Positions 35,721 to 49,568 of a DNA stretch of 64,000 nt are shown in pieces (the stretch's first letter is position 1; every line of letters begins with the position of its first letter). This stretch comes from Anolis carolinensis (taxonomy: Eukaryota). The notes under the pieces were generated by a model. That model saw only the letters and a program-made list of their open reading frames with translations, was not told the DNA's origin and did no database searches. Where the stretch lies: assembly GCF_035594765.1 (NCBI RefSeq), contig NC_085844.1:17685923-17749922 (forward strand), in the 5' to 3' direction. A program made the translations under genes and the position numbers.

Positions 35721-36527
35721 GTTGGCACAATGAGACATAGTCTAGAGCACTATATAACTTTTTTTAAAAATTACAAGCTATGGAATGTGGATATGGGGGA
35801 GAGTATGGGGGAGGTATTGAATTCACATATCTATCAATCACTTTATTTACATCCAACTATTTCCTCAAAACTTGGACTCATGGAGTTCATAAAGAGAAAG
35901 AAAGGAAACCATATCCATAATACAACATAACCAGACTGCAAATGCCACTGAGCTTTTTTATTAACCTTTTTTTCCCTTTGTTATATTTCCAACTGAAGGT
36001 TTCTTCCCCCCTTTCTTTCACAGTCATAGAAAATAGCTATAAATACTAAAACAAAAAGTTTTTAAAAAGTAATGTATGAAATAGAAAAAGGGGATACTGG
36101 GAGAAAGCATGGGGATTAAGGCTGAGGTCACGAAGGGGGTGATGGGAGGATGGATGGAAACCCTATCCACACCACAGTTTAACCACATGTCAAGTGGGAG
36201 AAAAGATCAGTTAAAAAAAGTGCAAATTGGAGGCAGTGGTATACTTGAACCAGCAATAACCAAGGCCCAAGTCTGATATAGTGAAGTCATGACTAATTGC
36301 GGAAGGGGAAATAACTATTATAAGATGTGAACTCCAGAAACACAAAACCTCCAGATTTATCAAAACTTTTGAAATGTCAAGGGGAGCTCTATGTTGTTTT
36401 GAACTCGTGAATTCCGTTCCTTGTACATATTATTTTCTTTGAATATACGCCATTGCTCAGTAATGTTGTGACCAACATGAGAATTCAGATATGTTGGACT
36501 ATTGCTGTACTGTCATTGCTTAAGATA

Positions 36528-36822
36528 GGGAGCTTCCGGTGGCTCATTGGGTTAAACCTTTGTGCCGGCAGGACTGCTGACTTGAAGGTTGGGTTGCTGA
36601 CCTGAAGGTTGCCGGTTTGAATCCAAACTGGGGAGAGCATGGATGAGCTCCCTTTGTCAGCTCCAGCTCCCCATGCAGGGAAATGAGAGAAGCTTTTCAC
36701 AAGGATGATAAAAACATCAAACCATCCGGGCATCCCCTGGGTAATGTCTTTGCAGACGGCCAATTCTCTCATACCAGAAGCGACTTGCAGTTTCTCAAGT
36801 TGCTCCTGACACGAAAAAAAAA
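36528..36822 (+). mobile_element. tRNA-derived A-tailed SINE (Vingi-type tail)
   Basis: Head ggagcttccggtggctc, B-box gtttgaatcc, tail gctcctgacacg-An. Confidence 0.85.
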
Positions 36823-36969
36823 TGCGTAAGAAAATATAGTGAAATTGGAGACATGCAGAGAACTCTCTCTGATCTAAGTGATGGAATAAAATATTCCAGT
36901 TCCTGGCTTACCATTATATACAAACCAAGAATCATAGTTTACAATAAATATTATTAAAGAAGCCAGCAA

Positions 36970-37295
36970 CTTGAGAGGGGACATGATAGCAATGTTTAAA
37001 TACTGTATTTGAAGGATGGCTGTTTGAGGGGAAGGCAAGCTTGCTTTCTGCTACTCTGGAGTCTAGGACACAAAGAAATTGATTGAAATTGAAGGGAAAG
37101 AGATTCTACCTAAACATTAGGAAGAATTTCTTGTTGGTCAGAGCTGTTAAACAGCAGCATATGCTGCCTTGGAGCAAGGTGGTCTCCTCTGGAGGTTTTT
37201 AAACGGAGGCTGGATGGTCATCTGTTGGGAAAGCTTTAATTGCATGGCTGGACAAGATGGCTCTTGTAGTCTCTTCCAACTTTATGATTCTATGC
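36970..37295 (+). mobile_element. CR1 LINE 3' end
   Basis: gagaggggacatgatagc...aacattaggaagaatttc...ttccaactttatgattctatg. Confidence 0.85.
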
Positions 37296-38802
37296 TGGAG
37301 AACCACACAAGGGAAATTCACATTTCACTGGTTGGATGTGGCAAAAATTGAGCATTGTGCAGCACATTAGTGTGTTCTGTTCACATCTGTCATGCATTAG
37401 GTTCCATGAACTGGATTCACTCTAATTCCATTAGCATATATTTCTATATATTTCCATTATAGCATAATATAATTATGCTAATGGAATTTTAAGAACTTGG
37501 TCCAAATTCTTGTTGAATCAGTAGGTCATTTCAACTTGAGACTAACACTTAGATCTAGCCCAGATTCCTTTGTGTAGCTTAATCTTGACAAGACCTATCC
37601 TTTACCTAAAGTTTCCAGGTTAAAATTATGGCAGGCCCTGAAATTTCAGGGCCAAAACCTGATACCTAGAGATGATCTTTCATGATGACATAGGAAGCAG
37701 ACCCTGGTGATGCTAGCAATAAAATAACAAACCTTATTGAAATGAAGGGTGCCTAGCACAAGAATACCATACAGTAGTGCTGGAAGACCTAGCAAATGTC
37801 TAGAGGACAAATTTTGTTGGAGTTAGATAAATCAAACTATGGATACCAGTCTCTTGGATTTGGGGCCATTCTGTATATATAAAATCCTTTTCAATGCAGT
37901 GTTCTTGACCTGTGATTTTTCCTCCTCCTTCACTCAAGCTGAAAATGAGGAGTCAAGTAAGGTCCAAGCTCTTAGACCTGGCAACCCTAGTGCACTTCCT
38001 TTTGGATGCTTTCTGGGTTTTACTCTCACTTTCACAGCTTTGCAGCCCTCCATAGCAGTTGTTGAACAAGGAGCTTGGAAAGCCATTCTCTGGTACATTT
38101 GCTACTGGGGAAGCAGAGCTCTCTGGTCTCTTCTATTCATTGTGTAAAGGCTTTCCCACCATCTGGACCACCTATGAGGAAGTGTTTTCTTTAAGGCGGC
38201 AAGATTAAGGAACAGGGATTTACACCTCAGCCCCAAAGGTAATTACCAGATGGCAAATGGCTTGTTTTCACTTAATGATTCAGAGCAACTGACTCAGGGA
38301 TATGGATGTGGAGGGAAGCTGGCTTTAGTTTCCAAGCAACCTTTTCAGGTTTTTTCCCCTTCTGAACAGTACGGCCTGATCCATTCTTCCTCTGTATCAG
38401 AGGCACTCAAGGCCACTTTTGCTAGGATGAGAACACACTGATCATCACTAAATGCTTTAATGCTGGTGAACAATCTGTTGCCCTCAGAAGAACTTTTTGG
38501 CGCAATTTGCTCTTCTTTTCGGCAGGACATTTTCCTTTTGGGAAATGTCTCCCACACTTGCAGGATCTGGGAAGACATCACACAAACAGCTTTTGATGGA
38601 GAACACTGTTGCTTTATTGGCCATATTGTAATGAAATACCAGACAACAACTTTCTGAAAAAAATGAGTAGGATCTGGACTTAACTAATTTCTAACTTCAA
38701 TGGATATACTGTAAAGGTGGGAAAATTCTGGATCCAGTCTAATGATTTCAAAAATAATATTGGGGATGAATGTGGCCCTAAGCACTCCCTTTAAAAAATA
38801 AT

Positions 38803-38834
<32 letters not shown>

Positions 38835-39042
38835 TTATTTACAGCATTTATATTCCGCCCTTCTCACCCTGAAGGGGACTCAGGGTGGATCACATTGCAC
38901 ACATAAAGGCAAACATTCAATGCCATAACATAGAACAGAGACAGAGACAAGATGCAGGCACAGGCTGGCCTCGAACTCATGACCTCTTGGTCAGAGTGAT
39001 TTGTTGCAGCTGGCTTGCTATCCAGCCTGCGCCACAGCCTGG
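38803..39042 (-). mobile_element. tRNA-derived SINE with L2 3' tail (Anolis SINE2-like)
   Basis: Minus strand reads ggctgtggcgcagg...gagttcgagg...gagtccccttcagggtgagaagggcggaatataaat(AAAT)n. Confidence 0.8.
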
Positions 39043-42019
39043 CCTAATATCCCCATTAATTCAAGAGAGCCAACTTGTGCTGTGGTTTGAATGCTGGGCT
39101 CGGACATTGGGAAACTAGGAATCAGAATCATGCTTGGCCATGGAAACTCATTGGATGATCTTGACCAAGTCACACTCTCTCATCCTCAGAGGAAGTCAAA
39201 GGCAACTTCCCTCTGAACAAATTCTGACAAGAAAACATTTGCTTGATCCGCAGTGGTGGTGAACCAGAGTCTCCACATGGTCTAATTTGAGTGAAAGAAG
39301 ATTCAGCTCAGTTGGAGTGTCACTTTCTCGTCCCTGTTTTGCTGTTGCCACTGCCAGGACCAGTATAGCTCCTGTCCATTGTGGGAACCCCATGCGGACA
39401 TCAGCAGAGGCTACCACATGGCCAGCAAGAAGGATGTGGTGATGGTAACAGGGAACCAATCCACCCTCTTTTACTTGCACTGAGGAGCAGAACAAAAAGT
39501 TGATGCTGAAGTCGCCCATATGGACAATGGATCAGTCTGCATCGGATCTGGCTGTGCTGTCCACACTGGGTCTAAGGTGTGGATCTGCTCTGGAGTTTCA
39601 CCCACACTCTGGAGAATTCCACAGTTAACCAGTTAACCCCAGTTTACCCTACATTAAGGACTGGAAGTCCCTGGACATAATAGAGACATCCAGGAGCAAC
39701 TTCCCAATCCATTTGGATTATACAGCCCATACAGAGAAGTATTCTATTTTCTTGATGTAGGATCTTGGTTGGCCTTTTTGAACAGGCCATTCTTTGTCTA
39801 AAGTTATAGGATTCGCTTCTCATAATCCTGAAGGACGACATGTCTCTTCTCTTCCTCTCTATGTTGCTTTTTGCAAAACCATTTCCTGCCTTTCTTATTT
39901 ATAAGTATGAAACCAATTCTTGCCGTGACAGGACATATGTCACTGCTCTTGTTGTAGGAGGAAATTCAAAGTTTTCTCAGTGTAGTGCCTTAGCTGTCCC
40001 TTTGGGAACTAGAGGAGGGTGTAGAGTCATATTACATACAAGATGGGTTTCAGAGTATGTTTGTCATGTGGTTTATAAACAATATTTATTTTTCTAAAGA
40101 ATTACTTAGGCACATTTATCCCCCCTCTCGAAAAGATCACAGAACCTGAACCAACAGAAAGGAATGTGATATTAACCTAAAGACTTGTCAAATTGCTCAG
40201 TGGTTATACATTTGTTTTCCAGATCCTTCCCTCTCCTTTATCATAATTGACAAAGCAGATTTAATCCACCAAGATGTGCATTTCTTTATTTGCTTAACAG
40301 ACCCTCTTTCCTTACATTCTAGTGGCAGAATATAGTTTCCACCCAGATGTCTTAGGAAAGAATGAGCATAAGAAGTGTGAGTGCAGGAGCTGAATGCAGT
40401 TGATACAGAAGCCCGGAAAAGTCCTAAACCAGATGACATCAAGGAGATAATTCAGATGCATCTACACTGCAGAATTTATGCAGCTTAGTATCATTTAAAC
40501 TGCCATGACTCAATATTATGGAAAACTGGGAGTTTGGTGGGGCACCAGAGAAGACTAAAGACCTTGTAAGACTACCACTCTATGAATCTATTATTCTAAG
40601 ACATGAACAAAACTCTGGCCCTAGATTACAACTTCCTAAGCTTCAAATAAGCAGAAGGTCTTAACAATCTTCTAGTCAGTTTGCCCTATTTGGAGTATTG
40701 CAATAATGTTTTGCATCAAGAAATATTTAACAGTTAGGTCCCCTGGAAACATATCTGCTTTCCCCCTCTTTCTCCTAGCCTGTCGTGAGGTCTTATGAGA
40801 TTGCCAAATAACACTCTTGTAGAAAACTTCTCCAGTTCAACCCACTAATGTACAAGCCCATTCGGTTGCTTATAACACAATTTAGATTTCTAAAGTGTTC
40901 CTCTGGATAATCATATAGATGCATGTATAGACATAAAATGCAAAGGCAGAAATCACAAAATTATAGGGTTACGCTGGCATCAACATAATCCAGTGGAATG
41001 GCATTTTTCTTTCTTTTTGGAATGAAGGACATTCCATCAAATAATGCTAGGCTTCTGTATCAACTGCATTTAGCTCAACAAGCTGGCTGCTCTAATGGGA
41101 ACACAGCAGGCACCAAATATGTGGATTGTAGTATGAATGAGATTCAATCCAACATTTTCTGCAGTGCTAAACTGCCTATAATGAAAGCAGTTGTCTGTAC
41201 TGTAGCAAAACCCCCTAAAATCTGGAGCAAACTTTTCCCATGTTTTGAAGTGTTTTGCTCCATGGTTTTGGTTTATGTCCAGAGAATATGGGATGAATCA
41301 AGATCTGAATTAGACCTTGTCTTTCTTAGTTTCTTTATTTTCTTCCCTAAAAAATAGTTCAAATGATATGCTCTGTCCTATGAAAACATTGCTGTTTGGG
41401 CTTCATTCAAGAACAACATATTCATGAAGAGGATGAAAATCTAGAAAGAATGTCAAGAAATAAGATGCAAAAATGCAGAGGGAAAGCCAAAAACTAGGCA
41501 AGATGCTAGCAACATGGAAAATACCATGTTTCTGTAAACATGTTATAAAGGATCCTTAGGGATTCAGTGTGGCTACAGATCTTTTATGGTGACTCCCGTT
41601 TTCTTTGTATTTTTTAGCTTCAGGGAGATGATAAAAGCTATTGCTCTCGGTTCCCAAGCCAGTACTTGGAGATACCAATTTTTTTGAAGAACAGCTTCCA
41701 GAACCATGGCTTGCACAACTACAGTGACCCGTAGGCATTGTTCAAAAAGATAATTTTTGCAAGCTCTGGCCAACTTTCTGATGTGACTGGTACTCATGCT
41801 CAAGAGCAGTTAAAACCTGACTGATTTTCAGGACTCTGTTTTAACTTTGTCAAACTGGCTTGTGATCCTCATGAATTCTCTCTGTGAACTGAACTGAGTT
41901 TGAGGTTTCACTGATGAAGAGGTTGTATGTACTTTTTACTGGAGGGAGTATCTTGGCATTGCGTAGCAATATTGGCGGGCATCCTGTTCAGCAGTTACGA
42001 GATTTTAAGCTGGACTTAC

Positions 42020-42129
42020 GGTCTCGTAATCGCTGTGGATTTATGTTTACTGTCATGAATGACCCAACCTGACCTCAAAACTCTACATTTGCCACCTGGC
42101 AGTGCCACAACTAAACCGTTTCTGAGGCT
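42020..42129 (-). other. Candidate exon (110 nt), minus strand
   Basis: Acceptor tttcccaccacctcgatctccag|A and donor CC|gtaagt. CpG-retaining unique DNA. Confidence 0.35.
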
Positions 42130-42907
42130 CTGGAGATCGAGGTGGTGGGAAATGACATCAACAACATTCTCCCAGTCATGGGATGCCTTGGAACAAGAAA
42201 CTCTGGTAGAAACGGAGGTCTCTCCAGCTCCCTGTTTACAACATGGTCCTTGAGTAGAAGAATCCTTCAGTCATCATTTTCTAGTATTCAGATCTGCAGT
42301 GCTTTAGTAACTCTTGAACTGGTATACTGTCAGGTGGAATGTTTTTTGGGGATGGCAAAACCCAAGCTGTGTTGATGATATAGCATCTTTCTCTGTTTGG
42401 TTTATAGCTTCCAGAATCCTCAAATCTGCATGGATTCTGAGAGTTGTAGCTCCAAAATGTTTCTAAGGTTTGCCAAGACTCTCCTTCTACTAAAAAGGTA
42501 GATCCCTCTTCTGTGTCGTCTGATGGGATATGTCTGGAGCTGTGGCCGAACAGAAGCCCCAGTGTGATAGGGGACCTCCCCCCCGCCCACTGGGAGATAA
42601 AGTGATTGGATTCTCTGCCAGAAAATCCTGGGAATCATTCAAGGAGGGATAACTTGGTCATGCCCATTATGAGTGATTAATGGCTCATTCACAAAATAAT
42701 GTGCTATGAGAAATCCACACTCAAAAAAGTTACAGATTTTTTGTGGGAAAATAATAATGTACAAATTATTTCCATGGTAATAAAAACCCCTACTTCATAA
42801 ATGCAATAATGCCTGTAGAGTACTGGGGTCATATGATAACAATGACATATCAGGAGGAGTTATGCATCGTAATGGCATGGTGCAATAATGCTCTCAGGCC
42901 CCTTCTT

Positions 42908-43198
42908 CTTTATTTTCGTGTCAGGAGCAACTTGAGAGACTGAAAATCGCTTCTGGTGTGAGAGAATTGGCCATCTGCAAGGATGTTGCCTAGGGATGCC
43001 CAGATGTTTTGACATTTTTATCATCCTTGTGGGAGGTTTTTCTCATGTCCTTGCATAGAGCTGGAGCTGATTGAGGGAGCTCATCCGCGCTCTCCTCGGG
43101 TTGGATTCGAACCGGCAACTTTCAGGTCAGCAACCCAACGTTCAAGCTACCAGTCCTGCTGGCATAAGGGTTTAACTTACTGCGCCACCGGGGGCTCT
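42908..43198 (-). mobile_element. A-tailed SINE inserted into the left TIR of a Harbinger MITE (42897-43354)
   Basis: TSD aggccccttct/aggccctttct; the MITE body follows at 43201-43354. Confidence 0.85.
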
Positions 43199-44612
43199 AG
43201 GCCCTTTCTACAGTGCCCTTATATCCCAGGATCTAAAAAATCCTAGGTTATCTGCTTTGAACTGGATAATATGAGTCTCCACTGCCATATAATCTGGGAT
43301 GAGCAGATAATCTGGGGTCAGATCCTGGGGTATAAGGGCAGTGTAGAAGGGGCCTTAGTCTACAGAGAAAGACAAAACTCTGTCACCTCTTTCCTTTCCT
43401 TTCCTGATGAGTTAATTAGGTTCTATCTACTTTTAATTTTTGAATTCAGTTTGCAACAATGGAAGTAAATTAGAGGCAAAGAGGGAAGGCAGGAGGAGAA
43501 GATTAAAACTGGGATGCTTTAAAAGCAGCTGAAAAGTGGGACAGATCAATCAGAACAGTCCTTGCCAAACTGGGAGAGATCTATTGTCACTATTAGGGTC
43601 ACCATTACTATTAATATGCCTGTCCTTATCTCCACTGGGAGTAAAGAGAGCTGGGTGAGCACTTTTATTGAGAGAACAGCCTAAGAAGAGGGGGTTAAGA
43701 TATTTCTACCTTGAGCTGAAGCTTTAGTAGACTTAGGTGAAAGTTTCTTAAAGATATAATGGAACATCAAATAATGCAGTTTGCCCTTTACATCTTTTGA
43801 GAAAGGGTCACAAGATCATTCAATCTGGAATCGCTTCTTTGAGGTTTGTGCTTCAGTGCTTAATGGATTGGCATTTTAACATTGTTTCATTTTACACACT
43901 TTAAAGGAATATTTACTAGATATTTAATATCAGCTTGAACTATATTTTATTACTTCTGGGCCTTTTTTGTGTATGTAGGGATGGGGAGAATGTAAATAAA
44001 CAAAGTAGGTGAACCAATTTTGCAAAAACAATCAAGGGCCAAAAGAGGAAAGTAGTTTGGCAGGAAGCACACTGTTGAGTTTATTTCTTTATACCAGTCC
44101 AGAAGGGATAATAACTGTTTTATCCATAAAATGTGTCCAATCAAATAATTAGGGAAAAGAACAGTCTGTTCCAGGGAGCAACAGATTTAAAAAAGGGGTC
44201 CTGAAAGTTGAGAGCAATATCAGTGTGTTAATACCTTTTTCAATATATAAAACAACTTATAGGGCAAGCCTATACAAATAAACTACAATACAACAAAACT
44301 ATACTAACTATACTAAACTAAATCAAAACATATATAACAAAAGGAAAAATGGGGGTGGGGGGTGGGGAAGGTGACCTCCAACTTTCTAGCCAGTGGTTGT
44401 AGATGCTAAGGACCTCATCTCATGAGATGGGGAAAGCGTCATATTACTATGACGTTATGTCCCGTTGTCTTAGAAAGCAAATTGTATCATTTCTCAGATC
44501 CCATCACATGTTGCTCTGGCTTCAACAAGTTGATAAAGCTACAGAAATCCTTGAAGCTCCCAAATGACCAGTGTGGTAGTATCAACTTAAGGTTCAACCT
44601 CATCCTGTATAG

Positions 44613-44747
44613 CAGTGGTTCTCAACTTGTGGGTCCACAGGTGTTTTGGCCTACAACTCCCAGAAATCCCAGTCAGTTTACCAGCTGTTAGGATTTCTGG
44701 GAACTGAAGGCCAAAACATCTGGGGACCCACAGGTTGAGAACCACTG
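44613..44747. mobile_element. Palindromic hAT MITE
   Basis: TIR cagtggttctcaac, perfect TSD CTGTATAG. Confidence 0.92.
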
Positions 44748-45135
44748 CTGTATAGAAAAGCATCTCTATTTCTTTCATGTTTGATTGTTCGCTTTTCCTT
44801 CAAGACATTGAAGATTTTTTGAAATTATAGCAAGCCATCCTGCTATGAAGAAAAGTCCCATTTAGGTCTTCACTGCATGAAACTGATATTCCATGGCAGT
44901 TGTGTCAGTAGCAATAATGTACATACTGGTATCTGTTGGAGGTATTTTGGATTTGATTTTTCTGCTTCTTGGCAGGTGGTTGGACTGGATGGCCCATGAA
45001 GTCTCTTCCAACTTATGATTCTATGATTCATCAATCGTTGGTTGTGTGGTCATACTTCTGCACACCCTTGTAAACCTGCATTCCTATACTCTCACTGCTC
45101 TGTAATTTTAAAATAGTTTTAAAGCAATCACACAG

Positions 45136-45173
<38 letters not shown>

Positions 45174-45265
45174 AATCCTAGGCCCTTGGGAAGAGCCTGA
45201 TATTCAGAGATGAATCCCAGACGCTTGCACTTAATATGCTTGTGTGCTGTGTTGTTATGTACATA

Positions 45266-45600
45266 TAAAGGTAAAGGTAAAGGTTTCCCCTGACGTTAAG
45301 TCCAGTCGTGGCCGGCTCTGGGGGTTGGTGCTCATCTCCATTTCTAAGCCGAAGAGCTGGCATTGTCCATAGACACCTCCAAGGTCATGTGGCCGGTATG
45401 ACTGCATGGAACGGCGTTACCTTCCCGCCAGAGCGGTACCTATTGATCTACTCACATTTGCATGTTTTCGAACTGCTAGGTTGGCAGAAGCTGGAGCTAA
45501 CAGCGGGCGCTCACTCCGCTCTCTGGATTTGAACCTGGGACCTTTCAGTCTGCAAGTTCAGCAGCTCAGCGCTTTAACACACTGAGCCATCGGAGGCCCC
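45266..45600 (-). mobile_element. Full-length Sauria SINE
   Basis: Head and (ACCTTT)n tail. Confidence 0.93.
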
Positions 45601-46889
45601 ATCACACAAGGTAGATGATGGAAGTGTTGCAGGATTGGCGGTTATTGATGAGTTTTGACCATTAATAGCAGGGGATAGGCTAATTGCAAGAGGAGGTGGA
45701 CTGGCAATGGGATGCACTTGGTGTCGTGCGATACGGACCATTCCCAAAGGTGAATATTCTGCTTTAGTGCTAGTTTGTCTCCCTCATGTGATAAAGTCCT
45801 TTAGAATGAAAGCTTATGTTGCTTCAGCACAATTGAAATATCTATGTATAGTGTTATGTTATTCAACCTTTGTATTCATGATCAAGGAAACATAATACAT
45901 GTGACTCAATGGGCAATGGAATGGCTGGCATTGTGTAACTGCACTGAACTGCAAAGGGAATGTGTAGAGGCAATGTGCTGTCACATCCTACTCTATTATA
46001 AATGTGTTAAATCACTCCATGCATGTAGTGCAACATATGCCTGCAAGTGCCAGTGACACAATGCCAGCTATTATTTCATCTTAAAAGTAAATGTTTGCTT
46101 CACTTATGAGAAGTTGAAATGTCTTCTTATCCATATCTCATATGTTACAGGGATTTAGAAAAGGTTGATTTTTCCAGTTGATGACTTCCAAAAGGGATCC
46201 CTTTTCACCTTTCAGTGTTTTTCCCCTCCCAAAGCAACATCCTTTCAGGTCTGACTTTTTTAGACAAGGCATAAGAGAAAAAACACACATCCTCTTGCTC
46301 TTGGAACTCTATGCGTGGCTTTAATCTGTGACAGTGTTAATCTATTTGCAGATCTCAGGGTCTGAGAAAGGTCTCCAGTAATGAGTCATTGGTAAACACA
46401 TACCTGTCAGTATGATATTTGTGGGAAAGGTCTTCTATTCACCTCAGTAATCCCCTTTCTAGTGTAGGTGATGCGGTCCAACACATGGGGATTTATTGTC
46501 ACCTGTATTCATCTTGAACATTAAAAGGATTATTTGAATGGCTGGTTTAGAAGGGATAATCTTTCATTTGATTGTACCACTAAGGCTGTAGCGATATAAA
46601 GTGATCTCACAAGGACAGGCTTGAAACTTTTTTGTTGCCTGAAACAGAGCAGCAAACAGCACTCTTTTCTCACTCACATGAGCCAAGGTGCAGGAACATC
46701 CAAGTTATTTTGACACATAAAACAGAAAAGCCCACAAAAATGCATCTTTTTGCCCCAGGGAGTATAAAGTGAATTACAACAAAGATAGGAATAAGAATGC
46801 TATTGCTTAGCCTTAACAAGATTACAACCATATAGGGAAAATCCAAGATGCATCTACCCTGTGGAATCAATGCTTTGAACCACTTAAGT

Positions 46890-47292
46890 TACATCTAGAC
46901 TGTAGAACTGATGCAGTTTGACATCACTTTAAATGGCATAGTTTAATGCTATGGGACCATGAGAGTTGTAGTTTGATAAGGCACCTGCTCTCTTTGGTAG
47001 AGAAGGCTAAAGACCTTGTAAAATTACAAATCCCTAGATTTCCTAGTATTGAGTAACAGCAGTTGAAGTGGTATCAGACTGCATTAATTCTACAGTCTAA
47101 AACAGGGGTGCCAGACTTATTTTCATTGAAGTCCACCTTATAGTTGCCTTCAAAGGCCCAGTTGCAATTCTGTTTGTATAAATGTAACTATGTTACCCTG
47201 GTATTGAAAGCCTCGTGGGCCACATAAAATGACATGGTGGTCAGGAATTGCCCATGGACCTTGTGTTTGACATGTGTGGTCTAGAAGCACCC
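46890..47292. mobile_element. Harbinger-type MITE with a hAT MITE (47103-47278) inserted in its right TIR
   Basis: TSD gtctaaaa/gtctagaa; the residual TIR gcaccc follows. Confidence 0.7.
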
Positions 47293-47619
47293 ATATACTA
47301 CAGAAACCTCGTTTTTGTGGCTGCCACATACTATGTTGAATTGGGTGAGACTCTATGAGATATTCATTGAAAAACTTTAGCAAAATGGAAATCTTTTCCA
47401 TGTTTTTATGATAGAACCAATAAGAAATGGCATTTGTTACCCAGGAACAAAAACATATGGTGTAATTCTTCAGTGCTATACTTCATTCACAACTGCTGCA
47501 TTCATAGCCACTTTCGATCATCAAAGATTGTATGGTTGACCAGCCTTAGTAGGCCAATCCCACTGGTGCATCTGGCTCCATTGCAAAGAGACATTTCTTA
47601 GCATAGGGAATAATCTTAC

Positions 47620-47688
47620 CCGTATTCCTTCCACAAGATGTGGCCAGTCACCAAGGTCCACTGTGAGGATCTTCACAATCTCTGAACT
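47620..47688 (-). other. Candidate 69-nt symmetric exon, minus strand
   Basis: Acceptor ttttcttcccttgtacag|A and donor CGG|gtaaga. Only frame 0 is open: SSEIVKILTVDLGDWPHLVEGIR. Confidence 0.45.
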
Positions 47689-49379
47689 CTGTACAAGGGA
47701 AGAAAACTCTTTAAGGAAGCTGAATATGACTTTCTTAGGACTTGATATATTCATTATAACACTTCAGACATGGCCCACTCATTAAGAGTCAGTCAACACC
47801 TGTCTTTCAGCAACACTGCAATTATATTGCTACAGTCTACCTATGTTTAGTCATATGTGTCGGCATCCTATAGAGCTGTTACAGATGCATATGCATTTGT
47901 TTGATACATATTTATATTTACAACCATGTCACTATTGTCACAATTATGAACACGTTGTGCAAACCACTTTTATAGCAAGCAGCCACATCAAGCAACATAG
48001 GCCTGTTCTGTTGGTGATCGGGTAATTTAGGCAATTTATGGTAAGAAAATTTAATGGGATTTGTTTCAGGTAACTGTAGTCTGGCTGGGAACATATTCCC
48101 CACTGATACTCACTGTCTTATCATTAGTATTAGTATTTGCAGAGGTTTTGAAGGTCAAGCTTTCAAGGTAGGACAGGTTGCAAAAGAGGAGATATGTGGC
48201 CATAATAAGAGCAGGCTGATGAAAGCAAATAAGGAAACTGAAACATGAAGACGGCTTTGAATTCTGCAGTCAATTATGAGCTCAGGGAAAGAAAAGGAGA
48301 CACGGCTACAGATGAGCTGCTCTGTACATTGTTCGGGTTTGGGTTGTTCCAAGAAGCAGATTTTTTTTGGCCTGTCTCTATTGTCCTCAAAGATGGGGCG
48401 TCTCAGAACAAACTGCTGCAGGGTATGCAAGTTTTGCTTTGAAAGCAGATCTGCCATGAAACACTATAACTATTGCTATCCTATACAAAGGAAAGGAACC
48501 TCCCAAATTGCTGAATTCCTCATTTTGAAGTCAAACAGGCTTTCCTCTCTCCAGAGATGACTGAATGGGTCAGAAGCGCAAACAGATGAAAGACAATGTC
48601 TGTATTGCATTTATTTTTGCGATCACATATAGCCATTGAGGGCAATAGATGCCGTCTATAACCATATTTGTCCACCGGCAATTCTAGAGCAAAATGTGGG
48701 CATGTGGGAAGCTATCTGGAATTGATGTCCCTTTCCCTATTTGCCAACATTTTAAATTCATGCTTTTTAAACCAATAGGTAAAGATCATGAATATGAATC
48801 AGTTGTGGATGCAGATCTTTACATTACACATCATAACTACCATCTTAAATAGCAATAAATATGCAATAAATAAATACATGAAAAATCTTGCAGTAGTTGA
48901 CCATTTGCTCAACACTGAAGATGAGAAAATATCTGTTTTAGCCATCGTAAATGTATCCGCAATTCAAAATTTACACTTCCTAAACTTTGCAATGCAGTTT
49001 TTTAAAATGTCTATTGGTCTCAGTAGATAAGAGTTCCTGAGAAAAGTAATTCCTCCAAGATATAGGAAAAAGTGTGAATAGAAATCTTGTTCTAGAAACA
49101 CACTTGAGAAGGTATATACAATTTTGTCCAGATGTTAAAAATTTGCAAACCAATACAGTAACAAAAAAGAACATAAGGCTGGAAAAGTGAGAACCGAGTA
49201 AAATTAAAATTGGCGGATGAATTCATCCACATCTGTAACACAACGTCGAAGCACTTTGAAAAGAGGCAACAGTTCCAAGTAACCAAAACTTGAAGTCACT
49301 ATGGATTCTGTGATAGTGGTCAAAGAGGTATCAAGTAGGGATATATCTCCTGAGGCTCAAAAAGTTACTTTGATAGCCT

Positions 49380-49520
49380 GTGATGTTTAATGTTTTTAAT
49401 GTTTTAATGTTTGTGCATATTTATAATTATTTTATGTCCTGGCACGGAATACTTGCCGTATATATGTTGTGCTCTGCTCTGAGTCCCCTTTGGGGTGAGA
49501 AGAGTGGAATATAAATGTTA

Positions 49521-49567
<47 letters not shown>

Positions 49568-49568
49568 A
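49380..49568 (+). mobile_element. L2 3' end with (AAAT)n tail
   Basis: gagtcccctttggggtgagaagagtggaatataaatg followed by (taaa)n. Confidence 0.75.

Noticed and set aside
38345-38581. Gag zinc-knuckle-like peptide SCKCGRHFPKGKCPAEKK on the minus strand
   Set aside because: Incomplete CCHC spacing and no adjoining gag/pol similarity.
41556-42380. Possible long coding exon or transposase remnant
   Set aside because: The frames I translated have many stops (about 9 in 270 codons on the minus strand) and no recognisable motif.
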